Source: an uncultured Peptococcaceae bacterium
GTDB taxonomy: Bacteria > Bacillota > Dehalobacteriia > UBA7702
Length of the DNA stretch: 64,000 bases
Assembly: GCA_964637365.1 (NCBI GenBank)
Contig: CAZWWH010000003.1
Coordinates: forward strand, 13,418-77,417
Direction: 5' to 3'
Below are positions 9,249 through 18,242 of this stretch, in pieces. The translations under genes were made by a program, and so were the position numbers. The notes beneath the pieces are model-generated. The model was not told where the DNA came from. It was given only the letters and a program-made list of their open reading frames with translations, and did not search any database. Numbering within the stretch: position 1 is the first letter of the stretch; each line of letters starts with the position of its first letter.

Positions 9249-10582
9249 TGTTTTCCCTCCTTCAAGCCATACCACATAAAGGTATTGTTTTTCTGATTCT
9301 GAATCTCCAGTTCATAACGCAGATCCTGATAGGGGGCGGGATTATAATAGAGAGGATAGAGAAGGCTCCGCCGCTCGTCAATAAAGCCCTGTTCCACAGC
9401 GGCTTGGGTGCTTTCGGTTCCCGGCAGCAGGCGGATATGATTCAAAACTACATAGCCCAAGCTGCGGCTTTTCTCATGAATGCGGTAAATTTCGTCAATG
9501 ACGCGGCGGCTTTCCGCAATGGTTTCCTCATCATCCCCCGGCACATTAACCATGAAGTGATACAAGGAGCATACCCCGGAATCCGCCAGCAAATGGGCGG
9601 TACGGAACAGCTCATCCTCGGTCAAATTCTTGCGGAGTACCTGGCGGGCCTTTTCCGACAGCCCATCAGGAGACAAGGAAAAACAGTTGCAGCCGCTTTC
9701 TACATAGAGCTTTACACATTCCTCATCGAGGAGATTTTCCCGAAAGAATCCCGTCCACTGAATTTTCAAATTACGGCGGAGCACCTCTTGACAAATTTCG
9801 TCAAGATGCTCCCGAGGCATATTTACCACAGGGTCATTCAAGTGGAACATTCGAATGCCGTATTCGTTGTAGAGGGTTTCGATTTCATCTACAATGTCTT
9901 TGACGGGGCGGCAGCGAATCTTTCTCCCCTGCAAAATGGGGTAAGAGCAATAAGCGCACGTTAAAGGGCAACCACGGCGGGTCTCCACTCCCACGGAGGG
10001 CACATATTGGTTGATTTTGGCGTAGCGGTCCGGTGGCAGAAGGCGGTAATCGGGAGAGATGTAATCCTTTAAGTCGAAAACAGGATCCGGCTCGTTGACA
10101 CGGAGCACGCCGTTTTCGTCAAACCAACAAAATCCCGGGAGATTCGGGAGCACGTTGGGGAAAGCATCGAGAAATTTCGGAAAGGAGATTTCCCCCTCGC
10201 CCACCAAGCCGAAGTCTGGCTTGGCTAGCTCCATCAGCTCCTTGGCGAAAAGAGAAAAGCCCGTGCCGCCCACAATGACTTTCGCTTGGGGCGACAAGGC
10301 CCGCACCATGGACATCACCGTGAGAAACGGCGGCACCAGAGAGACATTTTTATTGCCCAGAGGGTCGATGTTTCTAAGAGAAATCCCCACCAAATCGAAG
10401 GAATTCTCAGTCAAGGAATCCTTCAGCGTCCCAAAGCCATCGTCCTCCAGATTCAAATCCACGATAGAGATATCGTGCCCCATGTTCTTGGCAATGGTGG
10501 CGAGGATCACAATACCAATGGGATAGACCCTCTCCTTAGTATGATCCTCCACCGAGGGCGATTGTATCAGCAGCAATTTCAT
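9245..10582 (-). CDS. bzaD: B12-binding radical SAM methyltransferase, BzaD
   Basis: Cobalamin-binding domain and RRGCPLTCAYC; fifth gene of the operon; overlapping stop/start codons. Confidence 0.82.
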   Translation of the reverse strand: MKLLLIQSPSVEDHTKERVYPIGIVILATIAKNMGHDISIVDLNLEDDGFGTLKDSLTENSFDLVGISLRNIDPLGNKNVSLVPPFLTVMSMVRALSPQAKVIVGGTGFSLFAKELMELAKPDFGLVGEGEISFPKFLDAFPNVLPNLPGFCWFDENGVLRVNEPDPVFDLKDYISPDYRLLPPDRYAKINQYVPSVGVETRRGCPLTCAYCSYPILQGRKIRCRPVKDIVDEIETLYNEYGIRMFHLNDPVVNMPREHLDEICQEVLRRNLKIQWTGFFRENLLDEECVKLYVESGCNCFSLSPDGLSEKARQVLRKNLTEDELFRTAHLLADSGVCSLYHFMVNVPGDDEETIAESRRVIDEIYRIHEKSRSLGYVVLNHIRLLPGTESTQAAVEQGFIDERRSLLYPLYYNPAPYQDLRYELEIQNQKNNTFMWYGLKEGKQ

Positions 10583-11622
10583 GGTGTTTCCCTCCCTTTT
10601 TCTTCCCAGGGAATCAGCGTTTCCCGTTTTTTTGCCGCCGCGATCAGCGCGGTGTCCGAAGGTAAGGGCAAAAGCCCTGTATGATACAGACCGTGAGCCC
10701 GCACGATGTCGTGAATGTCCTCTAAGGCAAAAACACGGCCGTTATAGGTATTCAGCAGCATATTCAAATCCAGCATGGCGGCCTTGGCATTCCAATGCCC
10801 CCGAAAGAAATCGTGAATCAACACAAGGCCGTCATCGGAAAGATGCTCCGCTACCCGTCCCATCAACGCCAGGTTATCATCTTTATCGAAAGCGTGAACA
10901 ATGTTTGACATAATAATCAAATCAAAGGTCTCTCCCGCCAATGTCTTCCATGGCTCCAACACATTAAAGGCGCAGCGGCGAACACGGCGGAGAATCGTTT
11001 CAGGCAGAACCTCTTGACAAAGGTCCATGACTTCTCCCATATCGGCGAAGGTGGCGGTGGCATCGGGCCATCGTTCTAAAAAGCTACGGCTTACCGCCCC
11101 AAGACCGCTGCCCACGTCGAGAATGCGGGCGTTTGTTATTTCCACGGGACAAAAATCGGCGATTTCCGTCCCCTTACAGCGGGCAATGTCGTCCATGGCA
11201 AAGGAATAATGCCGGAATCGCTCTTTGATGGCAGACTCATCATCGTCCACGGGAAAATCCGTGCGGCCACCGGCGGTTAACGTATTCTCAAGATTTTGCC
11301 AGCCACGACAAAGCTTTCTCCGCCAGAGGATGGAATGCCCTTGATAATGACGGCTTTGAGGCACCAGGTATTCCCGGGCCAAGGGCGCGTTCACGAAGGA
11401 ACGGCCATGAGACTTTAACAGTCCCATGGCTTCCAGCGATAAGAGATAACGGTGGGCCGCCTCTGGCTCAAATCCCAGGTAACGGCTATATTCCTCTACG
11501 GTGTGTTCCTCGTCGCCAAAGGCGAATAATTCTTTTTCCACCGCCAGAAAGAGAGCCTCCCCATACCAGGCGGCAGTGGCAATATCCTCTAAATATTGAA
11601 ATCCTTCGGCTTTTGTCGTCAT
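10579..11622 (-). CDS. bzaC: O-methyltransferase BzaC (no DUF2284 domain)
   Basis: Dimerisation domain plus ILDVGSGLG motif; immediately after cobT. Confidence 0.82.
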   Translation of the reverse strand: MTTKAEGFQYLEDIATAAWYGEALFLAVEKELFAFGDEEHTVEEYSRYLGFEPEAAHRYLLSLEAMGLLKSHGRSFVNAPLAREYLVPQSRHYQGHSILWRRKLCRGWQNLENTLTAGGRTDFPVDDDESAIKERFRHYSFAMDDIARCKGTEIADFCPVEITNARILDVGSGLGAVSRSFLERWPDATATFADMGEVMDLCQEVLPETILRRVRRCAFNVLEPWKTLAGETFDLIIMSNIVHAFDKDDNLALMGRVAEHLSDDGLVLIHDFFRGHWNAKAAMLDLNMLLNTYNGRVFALEDIHDIVRAHGLYHTGLLPLPSDTALIAAAKKRETLIPWEEKGRETP

Positions 11623-11632
11623 ATCCATCACC

Positions 11633-12718
11633 TCAAGCCTCGGCTGATTCTTTTTGCTCCGAGGAATTGACGCCGGCTTCCTCAAAGGTGAGCATATCTC
11701 GAAGCATGGTAGAAGCAGCATCCACCAAGGGCATGGCCAGAGCTGCCCCCGTGCCTTCCCCCAAGCGCAAATCCAGCTGGAGCAGCGGTCGAAGGCCCAA
11801 GTATTCCAGCATTTTTTTATGAGCCTGTTCATGGGAGACATGGGCGGCAATGATGTAATCTTTACAGTCTGGGGCCATAGATACTGCCAGCAGCGCGCCG
11901 GCTGTGGAAATATAGCCGTCCAGGAGCACCGGCATTCGGCAGTAGGCAGCGCCCAAAATCAACCCGGCAATACCGCCGATTTCATAGCCGCCTAATTTTG
12001 CCAAAATGGCAATGGGATCGTTTTTTCCCGAACGGTGGAGCATCAAGGCTTTGTCGATCACAGCGATTTTATGCTCTACGGCCTCTGCCTCCAAGCCCGT
12101 GCCGCGGCCCGTCAATTCCTTAGCCTTTAAGCCGCTTAGAGCGGCAAATACCGCAGTACTAGGCGTCGTATTACCGATACCCATATCGCCGGTGGCGATC
12201 AGATCCACGCCGCGGCTTTTGGCGTCAATGACAAGATTAATACCGGCTTCCAGGGCTTTTACGGCATCGTCACGGGACATGGCTGCGGTTTTGGTGATAT
12301 TTTTAGTACCGAAGCCAACCTTACGGTTGATAATTTTCCCCTTGCCATACAGCAGCTCCAGTTTGGCGTCAACGCCCAAATCCACCACATTGACCTTGGC
12401 CCCGGCGTTTTTAGCAAAGGCGTTGATGCCAGCGCCGCCTTTTAAGAAATTTCCCACCATTTCCACGGTAACGGCCTTGGGAAAAAGGCTGACGCCCTCT
12501 TCCACCACGCCGTGGTCCCCTGCCATAACAAAGACTTCTTTATTGGGGAATTCCGGCGTCATGGTTTCGGTAATGGCCACCAGCTGCTCCGCCAAGGAGG
12601 TCACAGCGCCGAGACTGCCGGCGGGAATGGCCAAAGCTTCAAGACGCTCCTTACCTTTGTTGCGCCATTCTTCACTGGGAGGGTCGATTTGGTATAAAAT
12701 CTCATCCAGTTTCATCAT
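11633..12718 (-). CDS. cobT: Nicotinate-nucleotide-benzimidazole phosphoribosyltransferase
   Basis: AGDHGV, GDMGIGNTT, GRGTG, LRLGEGTGA and TFEEAGV motifs. Confidence 0.97.
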   Translation of the reverse strand: MMKLDEILYQIDPPSEEWRNKGKERLEALAIPAGSLGAVTSLAEQLVAITETMTPEFPNKEVFVMAGDHGVVEEGVSLFPKAVTVEMVGNFLKGGAGINAFAKNAGAKVNVVDLGVDAKLELLYGKGKIINRKVGFGTKNITKTAAMSRDDAVKALEAGINLVIDAKSRGVDLIATGDMGIGNTTPSTAVFAALSGLKAKELTGRGTGLEAEAVEHKIAVIDKALMLHRSGKNDPIAILAKLGGYEIGGIAGLILGAAYCRMPVLLDGYISTAGALLAVSMAPDCKDYIIAAHVSHEQAHKKMLEYLGLRPLLQLDLRLGEGTGAALAMPLVDAASTMLRDMLTFEEAGVNSSEQKESAEA

Positions 12719-12728
12719 GGCAGCCACC

Positions 12729-14012
12729 TCACAGTCCGAAATATTTGGCAGCGACGTCAGCAGCGCAGTCAATGCCGCAGCCGGGGCAATCCTCATGGGA
12801 CTCCGAGCCGTCCAAATCATAGCCGTCAAAGACGTCGGGATAAAGGGCGGCTTCCTTCTGGGCTTCAATATCCCGCGCCACACGGGCTCTGGCCATTTTC
12901 ATTTCCCTATCCCAAGCAGGCTTGCAGCCGCGGGCCACGTCGGCAATTTGAGCGGCAATCTTGGTGGTACGAACGCCGATACGAACATCCTCTTCCAAGG
13001 GCAAGCCCAAATGCTCTGCAGGAGTCAAATAGCAAAGGAAGTCAGCGCCGCAGGCTCCAGCGAAAGCGCCGCCGATGGCGCCAGTAATATGGTCGTAACC
13101 TGGCGCGACGTCTGTAGCCAAGGTGCCCAAAATATAGTAGGGAGCATTGTTACAGAGGGATTTCTGCAAGCGCATGGTGGCGTCCACATGATGGAGCGGA
13201 ACATGGCCAGGGCCCTCTACCATAACCTGAACCCCTGCTTCCTGGGCCTTTCTTGTCAGTTCCCCTTGGATGACCATGCCCTGTACCTGGGCGGGGTCCA
13301 AGGAGTCGTAGCCGCAGCCGGGCCGAATGGCGTCGCCGAGACTCAAGGTCACGTCATGAGCCTTTAAAATTTCCAGTACACGGTCAAAGTGCTCAAATAA
13401 GGGATTTTCCTTATCATTGTGGAGCATCCAACCGGTGAGGAAGGAGCCGCCGCGGCTCACGACCTGGGTGACACGGCCGGTGCTTTGCATGATACGGAGC
13501 ACCTCGCGGTTTAAGGCGCAGTGAACCGCCATAAAGTCAAGACCTGCCGCCGCCTGTTTCTCAATGGTGTCGAAGATATCGTCTACCTTCATTTCCACCA
13601 CGCTGCCATACTTTTCAATGGCGTCAACGCCGGCTTGGTAAATCACAGTGCTGCCCATGGCCACTTTGGCCAGCTTTAAGCTTTGAGCGCGCATACCGTC
13701 GATGTCCTTCCCTGTACTCAGGTCCATGAAGCTGTCGCAGCCCTCTTCCTGGGCGATTTGGAGCTTCCTGGCCTCCATTTCCATATCCTCACGGTCAGTA
13801 GATGTGCCGAAGAGCGCATTGACCTTTACGGTCATCCCTTCACCGATGCCACCGTAGCGGAAATCGCGCTTTATGTTATTGCGGGGAATGACGATGCGGC
13901 CATTGGCCACCCGCTCTCTCACGAACTCCGGTGTTTTATGTTCCATCTGGGCAACAACTTCCATTTCTTCAGTGATGATGCCCCGTCTTGCTTTTAAAAC
14001 TTGTGTTGTCAT
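12729..14012 (-). CDS. bzaB: ThiC-family 5-hydroxybenzimidazole synthase subunit BzaB
   Basis: ThiC fold (VSRGGS, EGPGHVP, YDHITGAIG, YLTPAEHLGLP); second of two ThiC paralogs before cobT. Confidence 0.88.
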   Translation of the reverse strand: MTTQVLKARRGIITEEMEVVAQMEHKTPEFVRERVANGRIVIPRNNIKRDFRYGGIGEGMTVKVNALFGTSTDREDMEMEARKLQIAQEEGCDSFMDLSTGKDIDGMRAQSLKLAKVAMGSTVIYQAGVDAIEKYGSVVEMKVDDIFDTIEKQAAAGLDFMAVHCALNREVLRIMQSTGRVTQVVSRGGSFLTGWMLHNDKENPLFEHFDRVLEILKAHDVTLSLGDAIRPGCGYDSLDPAQVQGMVIQGELTRKAQEAGVQVMVEGPGHVPLHHVDATMRLQKSLCNNAPYYILGTLATDVAPGYDHITGAIGGAFAGACGADFLCYLTPAEHLGLPLEEDVRIGVRTTKIAAQIADVARGCKPAWDREMKMARARVARDIEAQKEAALYPDVFDGYDLDGSESHEDCPGCGIDCAADVAAKYFGL

Positions 14013-14024
14013 GGATTTCCCTCC

Positions 14025-15317
14025 TTAGCATTCATAAACACGGTCCAGGGATAAGAACTTGGACAGAATTTTCATGGCGCAGTATTTACCACACATGGCG
14101 CAGCCTTTGGAGCCGCTGGGATTTCTCGTTTCACGAATTTCCTTGGCACGCTGGGGGTCGATGGCCAATTCCATTTGTTTCTCCCAATCCAAATCTTTTC
14201 TGGCGATGGACATATCTAAATCCCACTGGGCAGCTTTGGCCACGCCCTTGGCAATATCGCCGGAATGGGCGCCGATACGGGCGGCAATGACGCCTTCAAA
14301 AACCTGGTCTTTATTGGGCAGTCCCAAATGCTCCGCCGCCGTGACGTAGCAGAGAAAATCCGCGCCGTAATAGGAGCTCAAGGCCCCGCCGATGGCGGCG
14401 TTGATGTGGTCGTAGCCCACGGCAATGTCGGTGAGGAGGGGGCCGAAGACGAAATAGGGAGCGCCCTTGCAGAGGGATTTTTCCAAGGTCATGGTGGCTT
14501 CTACATGATTGATAGGCATATGACCGGGGCCCTTGACCATGATTTGCACGCCGGCGTCTTTGGCGCGTTTTACCAAATCTCCCAAGAGTACCAGCTCTTC
14601 TACCATGGGGCCGTCAAGGGAGTCGGCAATGCAGCCGGGGCGGTTGGCGTCAGCCAGGGCCAACGTCACATCGTATTTCTTACAGAGCTCCAACAGACGA
14701 TCATACTGTTCTAACAGGGGATTTTCCTTTTGATTGTGAATCATCCAGCCCATAAGGTGGCTGCCGCCAAAGCTAACCATGGGATCTACACGGCCGCTTT
14801 CTTTGATGTGCTCGATCATTTTCAGAGTTATAGCAGGATGGAAGGCCATAAAATCCACGCCATCCTGAGCCTGGCGCTCAATAACTTCAAAGAGGTCGTC
14901 GGCTTCCATTTTCAAGGCGGAACCTCTTTTTTCCTCGGCATAGGATAACGCTTCATAAAGGGGCAGGGTCCCCACGGGTACCGGGGAAGCTTCAATCACC
15001 TGCTTACGGAAGCCATCCATATCCCCACGAACCGAAAGGTCCATCAGGGAGTCGGTGCCGGCGGCCATGGCGGCCTCCAGCTTTTCCATTTCCCCTTGGG
15101 GAGTGTCTTTGGCGCAATACATGCCGATGCTGGCGCTGACCTTGGTGGAAAGCCCTTTGCCGATGGCCACGGGCTTCAAGCTTTTGTGCCGGGGATTCCA
15201 AGGAATCACAATGGAACCGGCGATAAGGCCTTCAAGGAGTTCTGCTTCGGTAATTTTCTCCCGTTCTAACATGGGAGCAAGAAATTCTGAGTCTTTGATT
15301 CGATCCGTAATGTTCAT
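14025..15317 (-). CDS. bzaA: ThiC-family 5-hydroxybenzimidazole synthase subunit BzaA
   Basis: ThiC fold with a divergent SFGGS/KGPGH pattern and C-terminal CAMCGKYC; first gene after a cobalamin riboswitch. Confidence 0.88.
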   Translation of the reverse strand: MNITDRIKDSEFLAPMLEREKITEAELLEGLIAGSIVIPWNPRHKSLKPVAIGKGLSTKVSASIGMYCAKDTPQGEMEKLEAAMAAGTDSLMDLSVRGDMDGFRKQVIEASPVPVGTLPLYEALSYAEEKRGSALKMEADDLFEVIERQAQDGVDFMAFHPAITLKMIEHIKESGRVDPMVSFGGSHLMGWMIHNQKENPLLEQYDRLLELCKKYDVTLALADANRPGCIADSLDGPMVEELVLLGDLVKRAKDAGVQIMVKGPGHMPINHVEATMTLEKSLCKGAPYFVFGPLLTDIAVGYDHINAAIGGALSSYYGADFLCYVTAAEHLGLPNKDQVFEGVIAARIGAHSGDIAKGVAKAAQWDLDMSIARKDLDWEKQMELAIDPQRAKEIRETRNPSGSKGCAMCGKYCAMKILSKFLSLDRVYEC

Positions 15318-15340
15318 AATGTCCTCCTTTGATTGAAATA

Positions 15341-15372
15341 AAAAAAGTCATAACCGAAATTGGTTATGACTT
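15341..15372 (-). terminator. Terminator of the riboswitch expression platform
   Basis: AAGTCATAACC-loop-GGTTATGACTTTTTTT on the minus strand, just before the bzaA RBS. Confidence 0.8.
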
Positions 15373-15502
15373 GCAGATATATCAGAGTATATCAAACCAG
15401 ACCTTGAACGGCGCGTGCAAAGTCAATAACCAAAACAAGGTTACGGCTTTACCTTCACCGGTCCCTCACCGCAAAATATACGCGAAATTACGGCAAAATG
15501 AA

Positions 15503-15665
15503 TACAGGCAGATATCCTGGCTTGGTTCGTCACCGCGATCCCCTTCCCCGTAAAACGAGTGGGTGAACAATGCTCCTGACCGCGGCTCCCCTACACAGTG
15601 GCGGGTCCGCCCGGGATTCACACCCGGTTTCCTTTTGATTCGTTTATAGCGAAACCTGTACTCTC
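15503..15665 (-). promoter_or_regulatory. Cobalamin riboswitch (bza operon)
   Basis: Minus strand: AAAAGGAAACCGGGTGTGAATCCCGGGCGGACCCGCCACTGTG...GGGAAGG...AAGCCAGGATATCTGCC. Confidence 0.93.
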
Positions 15666-15879
15666 AGTTATGAAATTCTTGGCTTTATTATAACGGGGGC
15701 ATATTGCTTTGTCAATCCCCTTTTTGGAAAAAATTTCCCCCCATCCTCGGAACATACTCCCTCAAAAAATTTTTGAGGTAAAAATACCAGTCCAAGGCAG
15801 TGTTTATTCATTATGAAAAAAATTTTTTTAAAATTTCCTGTTGACAAGAAAAATTTTCCGTGTTATGATGCTCCCAAGT

Positions 15880-16068
15880 TCATAACCCATCCGGTTGGTG
15901 CCACGGTAGCATTTCGATAAAATTCGGGAGCACCGCGGTGAAAAGGAAACGATGTGACAATCATCGGCGGACCCACCACTGTAATTTCGATGTGATGCGT
16001 GCAAAATGCCACTGAGCAATTGGGAAGGCGTACAGCATCGGTTAAATCGACGAGCCAGGAAGCCTGCC
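15880..16068 (+). promoter_or_regulatory. Cobalamin riboswitch (ECF S-component gene)
   Basis: GGTG..AAAAGGAAAC..CCCACCACTGTAA..GCCACTG..TGGGAAGGCG..GAGCCAGGAAGCCTGCC; TTGACA/TATGAT promoter at 15841-15870. Confidence 0.93.
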
Positions 16069-16172
16069 ACCGAATGCGATTTTGTTGGATGACGGTAAAA
16101 TCCCCGCATATTACAGATGTTGGGATTTTTTTTGTTTTATTAAGCAAAAAAATGTTTTGGGAGGGTACAACA

Positions 16173-16733
16173 ATGACAACAAAACTCAACGAAGGGACAT
16201 TTCGGGAACGTTTTTTCCGCACCAACACAAAATCGCTGATTGGGGCCGTGATTATGGGCATCGTATTTCTCATTATGATGCAGGTCACAGGCCGTATTGA
16301 CGGGGTTTTGGATCCAAATTTTCTGCTTTTTAACGGCAGCTGTTTTGCCTTTTTCACCGGATTGATTTTTCTCATGTATCGCCAGCCGGCGGGAATCATC
16401 GCGGGATTAGTAGAAGCCCTAGTGGCCATGGCCACAGCCTATTCCGCTTTGGCGGTGGTATTTCTCGTCGCCAATGTCGTGGGTTCTCTGGTATATTCCT
16501 TCATCGCCATTCAATTCTCCATGGAAAAATGGTGGCAGCATATTTTGGCTCAGTTCGGCTGCGCCTTTTCGGCCAACGCCTGCATTATGCTGGGTTTAGT
16601 TTATCTCATGGGCCTGCCTTGGGGCGTTGCAGCCTTTTGTCAGCTCATCAACTCTTTGGTGGGCACTGTGGCGGCAGGTATCTTGACTAAAATCGCGTAC
16701 GACGGATTAAAGCGCACCAATCTCCTGGGGTGA
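16173..16733 (+). CDS. ECF transporter S-component-like membrane protein
   Basis: 186 aa, about 6 TM helices, ending AGILTK.AY..LKRTNL; no ATPase gene nearby. Confidence 0.7.
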   Translation: MTTKLNEGTFRERFFRTNTKSLIGAVIMGIVFLIMMQVTGRIDGVLDPNFLLFNGSCFAFFTGLIFLMYRQPAGIIAGLVEALVAMATAYSALAVVFLVANVVGSLVYSFIAIQFSMEKWWQHILAQFGCAFSANACIMLGLVYLMGLPWGVAAFCQLINSLVGTVAAGILTKIAYDGLKRTNLLG

Positions 16734-17047
16734 ATGGTTCACCACCATACATTGTGCAATCCTTATGAATTACTTTTACGTCCGTGCCAGCATATTTTAG
16801 CATGGCCGGGCGGAAACTAGGGAGCGTTTCCCTGCATCACCCGGAAGGCTCCCTAGTATTTCCTTCTCCATTTCTTTAGTCTAAGAGCTAAAGTGATACC
16901 TTTTTTCTCTTTTTAGGCGAGCCTAGAGGTTCGCCAGTTTTCTTTTCATTCCCCGTCATTCTATATATAAGCATATAAGCCACCATTCTTTTTAGCAAGA
17001 GGACAAAAATTTTGTCCATGGTCAGCCATTTTTTTCCGAAAAAAGTG

Positions 17048-17216
17048 TTGACAAAGACGGTATACTTCTATATAATATTTCATAAGTTAGTGAAAGCTAA
17101 CTATATTTTTCGACCAAGAGTTAGCAGTTGCTAATAATTAGCGATTTGCTTTTTTAAAGTCTTAGAGTTAGCGTAAGCTAATTAATTTTTTTGTTCAATA
17201 GTTAGCATAGGTTAAC
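17048..17216 (+). promoter_or_regulatory. feo promoter with four GTTAG-N6-(C/T)TAA(C/T) operators (DtxR/MntR-family-like)
   Basis: TTGACA-17-TATAAT at 17048-17076; boxes at 17086, 17120, 17167 and 17201. Confidence 0.8.
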
Positions 17217-17235
17217 AACTAAAGGAGAAGTTGAT

Positions 17236-17445
17236 ATGCCATTAATGTTCGCACAACAAGGTGAAACAAAATTCATAAAACATATTGCCGCAAAGGATGA
17301 ATGCAAGCGCTTTTTGGCCGGCCTTGGTTTTGTGGAAGGCGCTGCAGTGACTGTGGTTTCCCACAGCGGGGGCGACATGATTCTCAATGTCAAAGGCGCG
17401 AGAGTGGCCTTGGGAAGAAATTACACCAAAAAAATCATCATCTGA
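17236..17445 (+). CDS. feoA: Ferrous iron transport protein A
   Basis: FLAGLGFVEGA.V.V...GGD.I.NVKGARVAL. Confidence 0.92.
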   Translation: MPLMFAQQGETKFIKHIAAKDECKRFLAGLGFVEGAAVTVVSHSGGDMILNVKGARVALGRNYTKKIII

Positions 17446-17475
17446 AAATGAAAAAGCAGAAAGGAAGATTTCACA

Positions 17476-17700
17476 ATGAACACATTAAATAAGGTTCACA
17501 CCGGCGACACGGTCTCCGTCGTTAAAATTCACGGCCAGGGCAGTACCCGTCGCCGCATTATGGATATGGGACTCACCAAAGGCGCTGAAATTTTTGTACG
17601 GAAAGTTGCTCCCCTGGGCGATCCCATTGAAATTAAAGTTCGCGGTTATGAACTCAGCATCCGCAAAGCCGACGCGGAAATGGTGGAAATCGTAGGATGA
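17476..17700 (+). CDS. feoA: Ferrous iron transport protein A (second copy)
   Basis: RRRIMDMGLTKG..RKVAPLGDPIEIKVRGYELSIRK. Confidence 0.95.
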   Translation: MNTLNKVHTGDTVSVVKIHGQGSTRRRIMDMGLTKGAEIFVRKVAPLGDPIEIKVRGYELSIRKADAEMVEIVG

Positions 17701-18107
17701 GAATCACATATGCCACCAATGAAACTTTGACCGCTGAGGAACTGGAGAATTTATTTCTTTCAGTCGATTGGCTGTCGGGGCAATATCCTCAAAAGCTGGC
17801 CCAGGCCATGGCCAATACCTCCATGGTCTTTACGGCCCGTCATGAAGGAAAGCTCATTGCTTTGGCCAGCGTTCTGGACGACGGCGTTATGACAGCTTAT
17901 GTCCACTATCTTCTAGTGAGCCCCGCCTATCAGGGGTTGGGCATCGGGAAAACCCTGGTACATCAAATCAAAGAACATTACAGAGATTATCTCTACCTTC
18001 TGGTGATTCCTGAGGAAAAGCGTAATGTTTCATATTACGAAAATCTGGGCTTCGAAATTATCGAAAATGCAACTCCCATGCAGAACAAAGATATCTCAGA
18101 TTATTGA
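17697..18107 (+). CDS. GNAT family N-acetyltransferase
   Basis: LLVSPAYQGLGIGK acetyl-CoA motif and YYENLGF; ATGA overlap with feoA. Confidence 0.9.
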   Translation: MRITYATNETLTAEELENLFLSVDWLSGQYPQKLAQAMANTSMVFTARHEGKLIALASVLDDGVMTAYVHYLLVSPAYQGLGIGKTLVHQIKEHYRDYLYLLVIPEEKRNVSYYENLGFEIIENATPMQNKDISDY

Positions 18108-18242
18108 TAACAGTCTCTATTTATCCTCACTCAGCGGCACCCCAAAACAGCCGCTCCGAAGCAGGCCCTTCTAGAGCGAAAAATAATCCGATATCTTTTC
18201 TGACCATAAAAATTTTTTAAAATTCAACTCCCGGAGGAAACA

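Noticed and set aside
12006-13367. Long antisense ORFs (here and at 8412-9296, 36584-37846, 52092-53033, 61070-62038)
   Set aside because: Shadows of well-supported genes on the opposite strand
12729-15317. Calling the two ThiC homologs thiamine biosynthesis genes
   Set aside because: They follow a cobalamin riboswitch and precede cobT; the thiamine genes here are a separate TPP-controlled salvage unit
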